64,000 nt of DNA from Marsupella aquatica (GCA_973895155.1 OZ316898.1:10809087-10873086), one strand, 5' to 3'; shown: positions 36,756 to 50,673, numbered from the stretch's first letter. A program made the numbers and translations. The notes: a model not told the origin generated them from the letters alone.

Positions 36756-38859
36756 TTTGTTTTTATCATTTTCCCCTTTGAAAGCTTACCACCTTTGTAA
36801 ACTTACCCTAACCAACCCTCCTCTCCAGCCCCTCCCCCTTTCTTCTGGTTCCTTTTGTTCTATTATTTGTTGATCTCATCTTTTTCTCATTAATTAGGTT
36901 GTGCATTACTTTTTAATTGCTATGTAATATTTGCAATTAAATTCCTGTTTTTATGTAGCACCTGTATGCATGGATGGTAGAGAGAGGAGCACTGCATGGT
37001 GTAGCATGCTATAACTTTGATAGGAGAGGGAGGAGCATTAGGATTACATGGATGGTAAGGGGAAAACTTTGTCTTTCTTCTTCTAGCTTGGAGAAGCTTT
37101 CATTCACATTCATTCACATCAAATATAATTCACTTGTTCTTTATTGCTTCCACTTTTTGCAATTTGTGTTTTTTTCACCCAAAAAGCCACTCAAACTTTG
37201 AATGACTATCATTGTATAAAACAACTGAACTTCTTAGGGTGGCTTTACAAGAAGCTGCGGGCAATTTCTGCATTTTTTTTGTCTCCAAGATCTGATCAAA
37301 GTCATCCATTTGGGAGAAATTGCTTTTGTTCACTTTACAAAAATTTCCATGTAATATCTGCATGGGATCATCTTTTATGCAGTCCCCTTCTGGACAACAC
37401 ATATTGTAGACCGAGTCCGACCTAATACCCAGAGGTAGTGGGAAATGCAAAAAAGCATAAGCTCCCCTCTCTCATGACAAAGGGACCAGATGAAGAGAAG
37501 TAGAAGTGAAGATGCAACAAGTTAACATGAGTCCTGGAATGGAGCATGGTGGAATTGTAGGGTTCTTGCAAGTGCAGATTCAAGTGGTGGCTGTGGCTGT
37601 GGTGGTGGATCAGTGGCCATGGTTGGGTGTTGATCGGCAGTGTCCTTTCATTTTCCTTGTGGGTTATCGGTCTGTGATGCTCCTTTGTGATCTTTCTTGT
37701 TTCTCTCCTAGTCCACTCTCGGTCCTATAAGACACATTCCCATCCCTACTTTTCCTCCCACTATCTTGATCTGCCTCCCTCTCAGGCGGTCTGTGGGTTA
37801 GTGCTTCTCTTTCCACATGGGTGTGCTCCTTCTCCAGCCCCCTTAATTTTCCTTGTTTTCCTGTCTCCTACCATCAGACAGATGTTTCTTGCGCGGTTCC
37901 GTGATTTGCAATAAAGTTTCGGGCTTTGTCCCATTTCCAAAAAAAACTAAAAAGAAACTTTGGGGGCATTTTCTACCTAACCTTTTACCAATCCTACATG
38001 GAATGTAGTGGGGCCCCTTTTTTGTTTATGTGGAGCACTCTTTTGTCCTAGATTTCAGACCCCCTCTCTTGGTGGTTTCACCTTCTGGCCTCTTGGTCCA
38101 TTTCTATTTTAAGTCATTTGCATTAAAAATGGACCCACAAGTCCTTCATAAGACCTTGTCTTTTCACATTTAGAAAGACTTTAGCCAAAGATTACGTGAC
38201 ATTCAGGTGGAGTGGGTCCTCAATTTGTCTTTTAGTAATTAATCTGGCACCATTGGCTGCACGATTAATTACAAGACTTTGGGGGCAATAAAAGGATTCA
38301 AAAAATACTTTTAGACCCGGGACACTATATTTAGTGTGTGCAATGGCCCTCCAGTTTGCTTTGGTGAGAAAAACTCTGAAGTGCCCCTGACGTCTTCTAA
38401 AGTACTCCTTATTATCGATTGTGATGTGAGAGGTGTTTCTTTTATGGAACAACCTCTTTTTTTTTGGTGACAGCTTTTTCATGATGACATGACTTTCTCC
38501 TCAACATCTTATGCACAATGACATATCTTTCAGAAGGAAACCTTCTGTGTAAGAACATCTTGTGTGCCACCCATGGATGTCTAGCAAATTCTAGTTTTAG
38601 ACTAGACATAAGAAGCATTTCACACTAACATTTACTTGGGTACATTAATTGCCATGTAAGATAGATAGACACAAGACCCAAAACCAGACCTAAAAGGGCC
38701 TTCAATTCTAGTAACGCCAACTCCCATCATTTCCAATCACACTAAAGTCCAGATTAAATCTTTTACTGTAGACCTCTGGGGAGGTTGGCTTTACATGAAT
38801 ATCACAAGGCGTCATCATACTAAATATATCACAGGGCCAAAGGGCAAAAAGGCAGCACC

Positions 38860-38998
38860 GAAAGACAGGGTGCCAAAGGGAAAGCAGCCCAATAAAAAGG
38901 TGGGTGGGGGGGGGGGGGGTGAGGGAAAGGTCAATAAAGGGGGAGAAAGGAAGAACAAAAGGCCCCAAGAAAACCAAAGAGGTCCCAACAAGCTAAGG
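38860..38998 (+). repeat. Dispersed repeat end also found at ~60810-60892; possibly a decayed Helitron 3' terminus
   Basis: Shared ccaaagg..aaa..cccaataaa..ggcccc.aagaa.accaaagagg.cccaacaag. This copy ends CTAAG after a weak GGCCC/GGTCC hairpin. Confidence 0.4.
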
Positions 38999-39016
38999 AG
39001 TCATCCTTCGTCAATA

Positions 39017-39143
39017 TTCAAATCACCGTCCGTCCGCATGAACTGCACCGTCAGTGCCGTCCGTCTAATTCAAACAAGTGTCCGTTGAGTCCACAGGGAA
39101 CACATATTCAAAAAGTCTGTCTACGGAAGAAGTCAGGCGGGAA
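39017..39143. promoter_or_regulatory. Putative TOP2 promoter cell-cycle elements (CHR x3, MSA core, E2F-like)
   Basis: TTCAAA (= TTTGAA, CHR) at 39017, 39069 and 39107; CCGTT (= AACGG, MSA core) at 39082 plus five CCGTC variants; GGCGGGAA at 39136-39143. All lie just upstream of a CT-rich leader-like region. Confidence 0.5.
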
Positions 39144-39832
39144 GGGGTCCGGAGGTCCGGAGACAAGAAGAAACAGAGCGTCTCGTTGTTGTGTTGGTGC
39201 AGGAGCTCTCCTTCTCGTTGCGCTCTCTCTCGGTCTCTCCTTCTCGCACTCAGTGTTTGGGAGCGCTCGTTTGTTCCGTCAATTCGTTCGCCACTACAGC
39301 AGGTTGAAGCATTTTGTCCCAGGCGTAGCAATGTTTGATTACCACTCTGTTTCATTCGTTGAAGTCGTTAATTATCTTCTTTCTCGAAGCATGTTGCGAA
39401 GCTCCGTCAAAGAAATCTTAGCTCGACTAGCACTCTGTCTCGTTTTGGTTCGCTACTACATTTTGTCCAAGCTCAGCGCAGAAATTTTAGCTTCAGTAAC
39501 ACTCTGGCTGTGCAAGGGATTCTCGAGTACTCAATGCTCTTGAATTTGAGATACTAAAATTGCTGCAATGATGGCTTCTGCAGCTCAGTGAACGCCTCTG
39601 CGGAATCGTGACTCCTGAATATCATGGTCTGACAAGCATCTGAAAGAAATAGGGGTGTTTTTCCTCGCTTGGTTCCTTCTCCTGACCCGTGCGATTTCTT
39701 CCTGCGGGTGGACGAACAACAATCTTGTTAGGGAGAGCCCTCCGTTTAGCAGGCTCAGACGGCTTGTGTTGCGGAGAGGGTCGTACGAGGCAAGTTATGG
39801 TTGAAGCTGGTTAATCTAAATCACTGAGGAAG

Positions 39833-42800
39833 ATGGACGACCTCATGATGGATCAAGAGAACGTCGGAGCAGCACCCGTGACTAAGAAGGTCGGTCTTGT
39901 CACTGGCGTAAAGTTTTCGGTTGGATGTGTTCCGTAAAATTCGTTAGTTGCACCCTGGACATCCCGCCTCCCGTAGCTTTAAAGTGACGGTCCCCGGATG
40001 AAGCATAACTGTTTTCAAAATATGTTGAAGTCATAGGGGACGGGATCGGTGCTTTCGCTCATTCATCTCATCCCGTCTGTGTCTTTCGTGTGTCCAATTT
40101 GAATGTCTTCAATTCTCAGTACCGACACGATACTGTGAAAGTGTCCCACAATGTTTACGTTTGTTTCAAGTAACTAGCCTTGAGATCTGGTTACGAGTTT
40201 CTCATTTGGTGTGGTCTTTCAGGGTTCCAAGGGGAAGACCGTGGGCGGAACAAATGCCAAACTCTCAGCAAATGGGGCTTCACAACCACTCCAGCAAATT
40301 GCGAACCAAAATGTCAGCGGAAGTAGGCAAGGGAAGTCGATTGAGATGATCTATCAGAAGAAGACACAGTTGGAACACATACTTCTCAGGCCTGACACTT
40401 ACGTCGGTTCAATCGAGAAGCACACGCAGTCGCTCTGGGTCTACGAGAATGAGAATCTTGTTCAGAGGCACGTCTCTTACGTCCCTGGTCTGTACAAAAT
40501 CTTCGACGAGATTCTCGTCAATGCAGCCGACAACAAGTCGCGGGATCCGACGATGGATTCAGTGAAGGTTGATATCGATGTTGAGAAGAACACGATCTCA
40601 GTTTTCAACAGCGGGGCAGGTGTACCCGTCGAAATTCATGCCGTGGAGGGTGTGTACGTTCCTGAGATGATATTTGGCCATCTCCTTACAAGCAGTAACT
40701 ACGACGACTCTGAAAAGAAGACAACCGGTGGACGGAATGGTTTCGGAGCAAAGCTTGCCAACATATTCTCTACGAAGTTTATCATAGAAACAGCCGATGG
40801 AAACCGTATGAAACGTTATAAGCAAGTACGTCCTGAACGGAATCATCCTCTTGGATTCACCAGTGGTATAAATAGTACTGAAGCGCGACCAACAATTATA
40901 ACCTGTTCTTAACAGCTGACCATCATGATATGAATCTGTAGCTGGAATCGCACTGCGTGGCAAATGAACCTGGACAATTTCCCACAGCTAGCCACCCTGT
41001 TTTATGTTGTACGTGTCCTTTCGAGAAATCGCATTCTGTTTCCTTTCTAGAAATCCTTTTTAAAAATCGTAATTATGTACAAGAAATATATTTACCATCA
41101 GCGATCTTTATTCTTTTTCATTCCAGGAATTCAGTGAGAATATGAACAGGAAGTCAGAGCCTACGATCGTAAACTGTAAGGCAAACGAGAATTGGACTAA
41201 AGTGACCTTCAGTCCCGATCTGGCGAAATTTCGGATGTCTTATCTTGAAGAAGATGTTGTCGCCTTGATGAGCAAACGAGTTTTGGATATCGCGGGATGT
41301 CTAGGAAAGACGGTGAAGGTCGAGCTCAACGGCAAGCGATTGCCCATAAAATCGTTCGTGGATTATGTGGGGCTATACTTGGCGTCCTCGTCAAATTCCA
41401 ATCGTGAAGAACCCCTTCCAAGGTCAGTTGAAGCATAAAGGTTCAGGGAAATTAGTACGCATTGGCCTTTTGCTGGCATGTGTTGACTTCTGTGCCTGTC
41501 TGTGACCAGGTTCTACGAGAAGGTGAATGATAGATGGGAAGTCTGTATATCGCTCAGCGATGGTCAGTTTCAGCAGGTATGCATGTCTTTATGCAGCTGG
41601 AAAAAGCTAGGGACATTTGTTTGAAAGGAATCACTCTTCAGGCATTTTTCACTAAGTAGCAAATCTTGTCTTGAGTGAGTGTAGGTCAGTTTTGTCAACA
41701 GGATTGCGACGATTAGAGGAGGCACGCATGTGACATGCGTTGCAGACCAGATTGTTGACCACGTGATAGGAATTGTCAAAAAGAAGTCCAAGAGTACAGG
41801 GGTAAAGCCCTTTCAAGTCAAAAATCATTTGTGGATCTTCGTCAACTCACTCATTGACAATCCGGCATTCGACTCTCAAACCAAAGAGACCTTGACATCT
41901 CGTCAGGGCAGCTTCGGGTCGAAATGCGAACTATCCCCAGAATTCTTGAAGAAAGGTGAAGCACTTTCTGATTTCAGCGGTGGGACTGTCTGTTTTCGAA
42001 TGGGCTTCATAGACCTGTGACACGGTTAGCATGGACCTTGCAGCCTCCCTCCGGCCTGACTTTTCTTTCACTTTGCCTGCAGTCGCGAAATCTGGAATTG
42101 TTGATAGTGTTCTGAAATTTGCTGAATATAAGCAAAATCTGGACTTGAAGAAGACGGACGGAAGCAAACGGCAAAGAATTACCGGCATAACTAAACTCGA
42201 CGATGCGAACGATGCCGGAGGAAGAAACTCGCAAGACTGTACATTGATCTTAACTGAGGGTGACTCGGCAAAAGCTCTGGCAGTGAGTTCTTGACTTCCC
42301 AAGAGATTTATATTGGAGTGAGACTGCACGCTAAATTGTGTTTCAAGTGGTCATTTTCAAGCTGAGTTCTTTCCAGTCGGACATCTTCTGTGTCACAAAC
42401 TCTTGCTTATCCGTCTAGAAATTAAAAGGGAATGATGAATCTTGCTACGATGCCTTACTCGCATTTTCCTACATGTGTAACTGGAAAATCTGGGATATAC
42501 GAAATGAGTTGTCAGACTGTAGGCAGCATCAACGGCCTCCAATTAGATGGACACGGACTGCTATCCCGGCAGAAAACTCTACGGGGTCTACGGATGAAGC
42601 CTCTCTAAGGCCTACTTTCATTTTCATGCATGTCTAGTCGGTCCGACCCGCTGATGCTGGAGTTCGTTGTAATGGTTTAATCCGAAAGCGAGAGTCGTGT
42701 ACGATGCCGGGGCTGGTTGGTGACAACGTTGCGTGTGCTTGCAGATGGCGGGCATTAGTGTCGTTGGGCGAAACACTTATGGTTGCTTCCCATTGCGGGG

Positions 42801-45800
42801 AAAGCTATTGAATGTTCGGGAGGCTAGCCACCAACAGGTTATGGATAACGCTGAGATCAGCAACATTAAGAGGATTCTGGGATTGCAGCAGGGCAAAGAT
42901 TACCATGACACAAAGTCTCTGCGTTATGGTCACCTCATGATTATGACTGATCAGGTATTATTTGTGGAGAAGGAAGATTTGCTTTTCCATTCAGTTGGGT
43001 ACGAGTGGTTTAAGGATTCCGAGCCCTCAGCAGTGGCTTTGACATTTAAACGGTGCAATTCGACTGGCTTATTGAAACCGTTCTGTTACTTTTCTTGGCA
43101 GGATCATGACGGATCCCATATCAAAGGGCTGCTAATCAACTTCATTCACTCCTTTTGGCCTTCCCTCTTGAGGATTCCGTCGTTTTTGTTGGAGTTCATT
43201 ACACCGATCGTCAAGGTATATTATGAATCTGTACTTTGATAGCGGATTAAATTATTTGAGATGCGTAATTTCTTATCAGAAGAGAGTTTACATTCTTTGT
43301 CAAGGACGACGAGAAACATCCATCATACATGTTCTCGCGATTGATCTTCGCGTTTCTGTTTACAGGCAAGTCACAGACGTGGACAGGTGATTTCATTCTA
43401 CAGCATGCCTGAATACGAATCATGGAAGGAGTCCATCCATGGTGGTGCAAAAGAGTGGACGATCAAGTACTATAAGGTTTGTTTACAAGCGGGGTGTGAT
43501 TGGCATCCTTCTCTTACTGTAATTCCGGCAGAGATGGATCATCGGTTCCTTCGTGACGTTTCTGAACTTCAATATGCCTGAGCAGGGTCTGGGTACTTCC
43601 ACGTCGAAGGAGGGCAAGCAGTATTTCAGTGAACTTGGCAGACACAAAAAGGATTTTATTTGGGGAAGCGAAAATGACGGAGATGCAATAGAAATGGCAT
43701 TCAGCAAGAAAAAGGTCGATGATCGGAAGACATGGCTTCGTCACTACAAGGTCAGAATATGCATCCACTGCTTTTCTGAACGCTCAAAATCTGAAGGCTC
43801 CCGTGATCTGTTTGTCAAAGATTTTCTAAGCTAGTATCTGCACTGCAGCCAGGAACTTTCCTCGATCAAACCGCGGAAGTTATCAACTATACGGACTTCG
43901 TGAACAAGGAGCTCATTCAGTTTTCTGTTGCGGATCTGGCACGTTCGATTCCCTCTGTGGTTGACGGTTTCAAGCCTGGCCAGCGGAAGATTCTCTTCTG
44001 CTCCTTCAAGAGAAACTTTGTAAAGCAAGCAAAGGTAATTTGCCAGTGATTCACGTGTAATCAATTTCTGGATATCGTTGAAAGATGCTACACTTCTTTT
44101 CTTCAAGACCCTAGCCAGCTTTGTCCTGAAGCAATCCGTTCTTGTTTGCAAGGTTTCGCAATTTGCCGGATATGTATCAGAGCATTCAGCATATCATCAT
44201 GGGGAGCAAAGTCTGCAAACGACCATTATTGGAATGGCACAGAATTACGTAGGGAGCAACAACATCAACCTGTTTGCTCCACTTGGACAGTTTGGTACCA
44301 GGAATCAGGTGCGAGAAGGTTCATTACGTAATTTTTTCCCTTCCATCATTTCAAAAGTAGGGACCGCAAGCTTGAGCTGGGTACGCAGTGTATATGGAGC
44401 GCATTACTGTCGGATTTTTGGATATCCGCGGAAAACATTTCTTCAGCTGTTAACGCGCATTTTAAATCAATCTCCTTCGTCGTCTCACACAGGGTGGGAA
44501 GGATCACGCCAGCTCCCGATACGTCTTTACATGTCTCTCTTCGATCACTCGCCTTTTGTTTCCCCAGCCAGATGACATGCTTCTCGAGTATTTGAAAGAG
44601 GATGGGCAAACCATCGAGCCTACATGGTTCGTTCGTTCTTCACTTCATAGGCTCAACAGCGTCCTTGTTGTACCGGATTTAGTCAGGAAGTTCTGGTTTC
44701 TGGACTTTGGATTGGGTAATCTGAACTCTGTCCTTCAGCAAGTTTTTATATCCATTGGTATTTGTCGAATTCCTACAGGTACGCTCCAATTATTCCAATG
44801 GTACTTGTGAACGGAAGTGAAGGGATTGGGACGGGATGGAGCACGTTTGTGCCTAACTACAATCCCAGGGACATTGTCGAAAACGTCAAACGATTACTGA
44901 GAGACGAACCAATGCAACCTATGGAGCCATGGTACAAAGGATTTAAGGTATGCAAGAATAATGTTGCTGAATGTTTCTGTTCCTCGTTTTTTATGGTTTG
45001 TTTGTCTATTTGATTTTTTCCTGAGGGATGATGCTGTAACACGTAGAAGACTTTCCCGCAATTATGTTGGAATCTCTTCGCAATTAACATACTTTGGTTT
45101 GGAAGGGCACGATTGAGCGAACGGCAGCGAAGGAATCTGGCGTGACTTACACGGTTACCGGCATCATTGATGAGCTGAACGAGACCACCCTCAAAATAAC
45201 AGAACTACCAGTCCGGAAGTGGACGCAGGATTACAAAGAATATCTCGAAGACCTCATGCTCGGCTCTGGAAAAATTAAGGAGCCATTCATTAAGGCATGA
45301 AAATCTAATACCCGCTCAGTTCACGATGGTTGCGTCTTGCAAGATATGCGCAACAACCTAGTGGTAGACGTTCACATTGAAGAAGACGTTGTGTGCGGTG
45401 GATTTTCCGTGACTTGTTGTTGCGAGTGTTGTCCGACTAATACTAAGGATCCATGATTTACAGGACTACAGGGAGCATGGCACGGACACAATGGTGGACT
45501 TCGAGATCCTGCTTTCTGAAGAGAATATGGCCTTAGCATTATCTGAGGGTCTCACGAAGAAATTTAAACTCACCACAAACTTAAGCACTAGTAACATGCA
45601 CTTGTTTGATGCGAGCGGGACCATCAAGAAATACGACACACCTGAGATGAGTATGGTTTATTCCCGGGCCCTGTGATTGATCCTTAGTTATCGCAAACTC
45701 AAACCAAAGACAAAAATCAAATGAAAACCAAAGGAAACAGAAAGTGTATTCTGTATTTCTTAGAATGCACCTGAGCAAATTTCGAACTCTAACTCCGCTG

Positions 45801-48049
45801 TCCTGTTCGCTGCGCTTGTAGTACTGGAGGAATTCTACTACATTCGGATGGAGCTTTACGTGAAAAGAAAGGTGACTAGCAGTCCTGCCGCCATTTGGGA
45901 GACCTGAGCGCCAGACTCCCTTCATGATCTGCGATTCATATTGTTGTCATTTGCTAGCGTTTGAACCGAATGAGCCGGCCTCCGTAGGTTGTGCCCGCTA
46001 AACAGAAGAGTATCGTATATTGCAGGCGATGCAACTCTCCAATCTCGAGTTGGACCTTCTGAAGTTGGCCAACAAAGTCCGGTTTATCTTGGGTGTCGTG
46101 AAAGGGGAGATTATCGTCAGCAACCGAAAGCGGGCAGAGTTGTTGAAGGAATTGAAGGCGAAAAAGTTCACCCCATTTCCAAAAACTTCCAAAAAGGACG
46201 AGCCTCCAGTGGCCGGAGCAGAATTGTCGGAAGGGAACGAGGAGTCATCTGAACATGATGAGACAACAAATGACACTATTCGAGTCGGGGACTATGAATA
46301 TCTTCTCGCGTTGGCCATCGGGACGCTCACCTTCGAAAAGGTCGAGCAGCTCCTTAATCAGAAGGAAAGCCTGGAAGGTGAAGTGGAGGAGCTGAGAAGA
46401 GCGTCTCCAAAGGATCTGTGGGCGAGGGATCTCGACGCGTTCCTTCTACAACTTGACGTAAGTGTCACCGGTGTAAATATTGGGTCGGGGTATGCACGTA
46501 GGTTTTGTATTGACTGGATAGATCAGGACTAATCCCCCTCTCCCCAACCCGAATCGTTCATTTACAGGCACAAGATCTCGAAGAGCAGAATGATGAAGCG
46601 TATGAGAGGAAGCAAATGGCCAAGGAGGGGACTCAGATTATGAAACGTGCCAAGCCCGCAAGAAAGGCTCCCATAAAGAAGGCCGCTACAGCAATTTCAG
46701 GAGCTAAATCTGAGACGTCCACCGTGACCACGGCTGTCACTGAACCTTCCATGATGACTACAACAGCGAGTACATACCTATCCCAGCCCAAGGACGACCA
46801 AGCAGTTTGTTGTACCTTTTTTGTCATTGAAACTCGGGGTTTACATCGGTTCGTTTCTGTGTACTGACGTAGGCTGAGGTGTCTGTCTTTCCACAGAGAA
46901 AGGAGCTAAAAAAGCTGGAGTCGCAAAAAAGGCAGCGGCAGGCAAACCTCCTCTAGTGGTAAGTAGAAAAAACAATGTTGAAACTCACTTTTATGACCTT
47001 AGAGCCCGAGGCCTCCCCTTCAGGTGGTGGCAGTTTCGTTCTGGCAGTTTTGCGATAGCAAGGTGATCGAGGATATGCTACCTAGTTTTCAGTAATTAAT
47101 CTTGGGCGGTTTGGCCCGTGCAGCCCGTGCCGAGTGACGATGAAGACGACGAGATTGGACTCGACCAAAGCTTATCCCAGCGCATGGCGGCGATGGGACT
47201 GCGAGTCAAATCCCCAGGTACGTTGACTCATCCAAGTGATGCCCGGAGAAGTTCTTAGTCAGAACCACTGATCTCTTCACTTCTCCTCAGAGTTACATAA
47301 GTGGGAAGAGTTCGGAAGAGCAGCTGCGCTCGTCCGATTCTGCTGTTCGCTGAACGGTCAACTGATGCCATTGGTTTGTTCTCTCAGATACAGATAATAT
47401 TATCCGCCCTTCGACTGCCACTCTCCTGGATCTGACGGACTCAGAGGGTGGGGGTAAAATTACGAGCGCAGCAGCAGCTATGAAGAAGAAGGAGCCGGTG
47501 AAAAGAGGACCAAGGGCCCTCAAAACGACCACAATTGTGAGCAGTGACAGCGAAGAGGATTATGCCTCTCCGAAAGACGATGCCAGCTCTGAGGAGGAGG
47601 CAGCACCCCAAAAAAGAAAGGGAGGAAAGAGTGGTCCCTCTCGGAAGAAAGCACTTCCGAAATCTTCAGCTCCCGCAGTCCAGATTGAAAGTGGAGTTGA
47701 TTCCCCGGAGCCAATCGTTGGCGTTAAGAAACGGGCTGTGAAGGGGCAGGCACAGAAAGGTGCAGAGAAGGCACCTCAGCTCAAAGTTCAAAAAGTACGA
47801 ATCTCTCCGTTTCACAAGAAGAGCGGACCCATGCCGGAGTTTCCTGAGTTGGCCGAGTCAGCTCCTAAATTTGATCAAGTACGGGAGCGATTGCCCTCTG
47901 CCGCAGATTTGGTAGACGCCACCGCACGCAGACCCGTGAGGACGAGTCGTGCTCAGCCCACATACAAGGACGTTCAAGTCTTGAGTAGTGACAGTGATGG
48001 TCATGGTGCATCAAGCGAAGAAGAGGCGAGTAGTGACTACGAGGAGTAA
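39833..48049 (+). CDS. TOP2: DNA topoisomerase II (type IIA); 22 exons: join(39833..39889,40223..40825,41127..41422,41510..41576,41685..41955,42083..42282,42745..42954,43102..43215,43366..43476,43586..43750,43849..44034,44153..44308,44493..44626,44779..44947,45106..45294,45464..45650,45822..45871,46026..46457,46568..46769,46897..46958,47124..47217,47388..48049), ~1538 aa
   Basis: The 4617-nt model is in frame. GHKL ATPase (EHILLRPDTYVGS, DEILVNAADN, GGRNGFGAKL), TOPRIM (ILTEGDSAK, PLRGKLLNV, IMTDQDHDGSHIKGL), catalytic ASSRY and LVNGSEGIGTGWS are present. Exon 1 and the C-terminal exons are less certain. Confidence 0.97.
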
Positions 48050-48674
48050 GACAAATTGGACATGTTCGTTTCTTACTGCGTTTGGCTCGCTGAATTGAAC
48101 TCGAAAGCGATAGAGATATCTCAACAGGACAATCAAGATAAATAATCTAGAATGGATGTATCATGGAGCATGACCTATGCGGGTGGATTTTTAGCGGCTC
48201 CATAACGTCAATTGTAGTGGCACAAGACTTCTTGTCCCCATAATCTTCAAGTGACTCAGTCATGATGACTGACATCAAAGAATTTGAGTGTCATTCTGCA
48301 CTTTCAACAGCCACGGATCCCCAATTCTAGTTTGTGTGAATCTAGTCTACCGTCACGAAGGAGAACCACTCAGGTCTTCGATTTTTTGTGATTGCGATGT
48401 CCAACCAGCTACTGTATTTCCAATGTCAGCCGCTGCATTGTGACTTCCAAACGTTTTGCGGTGTAGGAAGCCTAGAGTAGAAGAAGCAAGGGCAATTGTG
48501 CAAGATGGCCATGAGTTTGAGGACTGCCGTCAGAAGTTAACAACCAATGAAGAGATACTCGCTCAAAATGAAATCTGAACAAGTGAAGGCAATGAAGCAG
48601 TTACCCGGTATGGATCAACTTCTGGCAGCTGGTGTTGGAGATATGATCGAAAAGAACACTGTCAAATATCTAGC

Positions 48675-49330
48675 AATCCCCTTTGATTAGTGATTCTTAT
48701 CAACGAATCGTAAGAATGTCGTAGAATGGGCCCCTTGGTCAGATCAATCTTGAGTAGGACAGTGGAGAAGAGTGATGTCATCACTTGGACGTTGATCCTT
48801 GATGTGTTGATAATGGATATCGATATGCTTAGATCTCTCATCATGTTTGTTGGTGTTAACGAGTGGAATCCCACTAAGCTCCTGACAATGAATTGGTGTA
48901 GGTGGCTGAGGAAAGCCATTATTGTGTAGCAATCTCCAGAGCCAGATAGCTTTAGTATTGCATATACTCACATTCAGTACTGGAAAGTGTAATCTACTTT
49001 TTGTTTTTTCCTTGCCTAACTGATAGCAGCTCCAGCAAGTTGAAAACAGAATGCTCGGATGGATTTGTGAGTGTCATAATCATCAGGAGGCAGCATCCGA
49101 ATAACCTGGAAGACTGCAAGGTTCTATAGGCTTAGTGTTTTGAAGAGAATAAGTCTGGTGCCTTGATGTCCAAAAATGTGTATGACAATCCAGAAAATGT
49201 GTTTGATAACATGCCGATGTTGGGTAGCAGGGTTTGATAAGCACATAATTCACCAGCTGCTCTCAGGTAGGGCATAGATTGCAGTCAGGAAATTTGGCCA
49301 GGTGTTGAAGGGAATTGGTGAGTGGAAATA
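48675..49330 (-). mobile_element. Ty1/Copia retrotransposon remnant (decayed RT C-terminus, RNase H and polypurine tract)
   Basis: The frame at 48744-48971 reads KAIWLWRLL..GFPQPPTPIHC...KHDERSKHIDIHYQHIKD (Copia RNase H). A GYSDA motif is near 49105, and a PPT-like TCAAAGGGGA is followed by TGCTAGA at 48686-48669. Many stops and frameshifts. Confidence 0.8.
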
Positions 49331-50662
49331 GGCTTGTAGTCTAACATTTTAAACTATTTAAGCTTATTAAGAATATAAGTGATTTGATTGAAAGGAAGCC
49401 AGGCTTTTGTCAGGTCAAGCTCAAGGTGCATGCCTTGAACATGGTAGGCTGTGATTATTAAGTGATTTTTTGGTCCATAAAATCTAGGACATGAGCAAGG
49501 AATCTGAATCACTAAAACTGTTAGTATTAAATGCGTATTCTTCATAACATTTGCAACCCACTTCCTGATAGCAATTGTGCAATTGTTTGCATAGAAAGGA
49601 GACACTGCTGCAACTCCTTCTATACGGGCTAGGTAAACTTGTCAATATGACTTTGAAGAATGGTGTCCGTTTCTGTTTGGAGGGAAAGGGAATTTTTTCC
49701 AGTTGGCCCATGTTCAAAACAAGGAAATGGCAAGATGTATTACAACATTTGATGTGAAGAGTGTGAAAGATCAATTACTTTTGACACCCACAAAGATGAG
49801 AAAAAGTGTCTTCTGAGTAAAGAGCAATGTTTCCAAGGGAATTTTGATAGTCTAACCAAGTATCATGTAAAAAGTTTAATGATGTACAGGCCACCATGCA
49901 TAAGTGTAAAATGTGCTTTTCTGCAAGGCGAAGGCTTCTTTGTCGATATTTCCTTTTTGATGTATATTGGCAGTTTTTCTTGCAGGTTTTGTAAGTGCAA
50001 GTTGGATCTCTTTAGGCAACAAATATGTAAGCACAAATTGTGGATAAGTGTATACTTTTGATTGCCCACAGGTGCATGAGAGATAAGGATATCTCTATCG
50101 ACAAGTGAAGGACTTATTGACATATAATATATTGCACTAATCCATGACGTATGGTTTGGTACCAGCCATAGTACGTCTATGGACAGGAACGGGAAAAAAT
50201 AGGGATAGAGAGTACATGCAGATGTGCACAGTGTCTTGTGCTTGCACTTATAGCATAACTTTAACCCTGACAACTTTAATAGTGACAACAAATGAAGGGT
50301 GTCAGAATATCAATCCAAAGTCAATGACACAAAATTGACCCGGTCAGAACTAGAGGCAAAATGGTAGAGTTTTGATTCATGTTTTGGCAAACTCTGGCCA
50401 GATCGAGCAACATAATGAGGGACTGGGATGGGCAGTGTACAAGGTCCCAGGAAAATGAGGGAGCATTCACACTTTGTAGATGTAATGTGCTATAGTTAAA
50501 ACCAAGGGCTCAAAGTGAAGACTCTTCACATGCAAGGGCACACTCTTACACTTATAATAATTAAAGCGACACGCCCTTTATAATAAAAGAGAAAAAGAAA
50601 TGTTGGGATCTATGAGACGTTAGTTTCGACCAAACAGAAAACGTGAAAATACAAATTCCAGT

Positions 50663-50673
50663 TTTGGCGGGAA
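50663..50673. promoter_or_regulatory. E2F-type site upstream of CAP-H
   Basis: TTTGGCGGGAA: a WTTSSCSS match on + overlapping TTCCCGCC on -, about 570 bp upstream of the ATG and just before a leader-like region. Confidence 0.55.
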
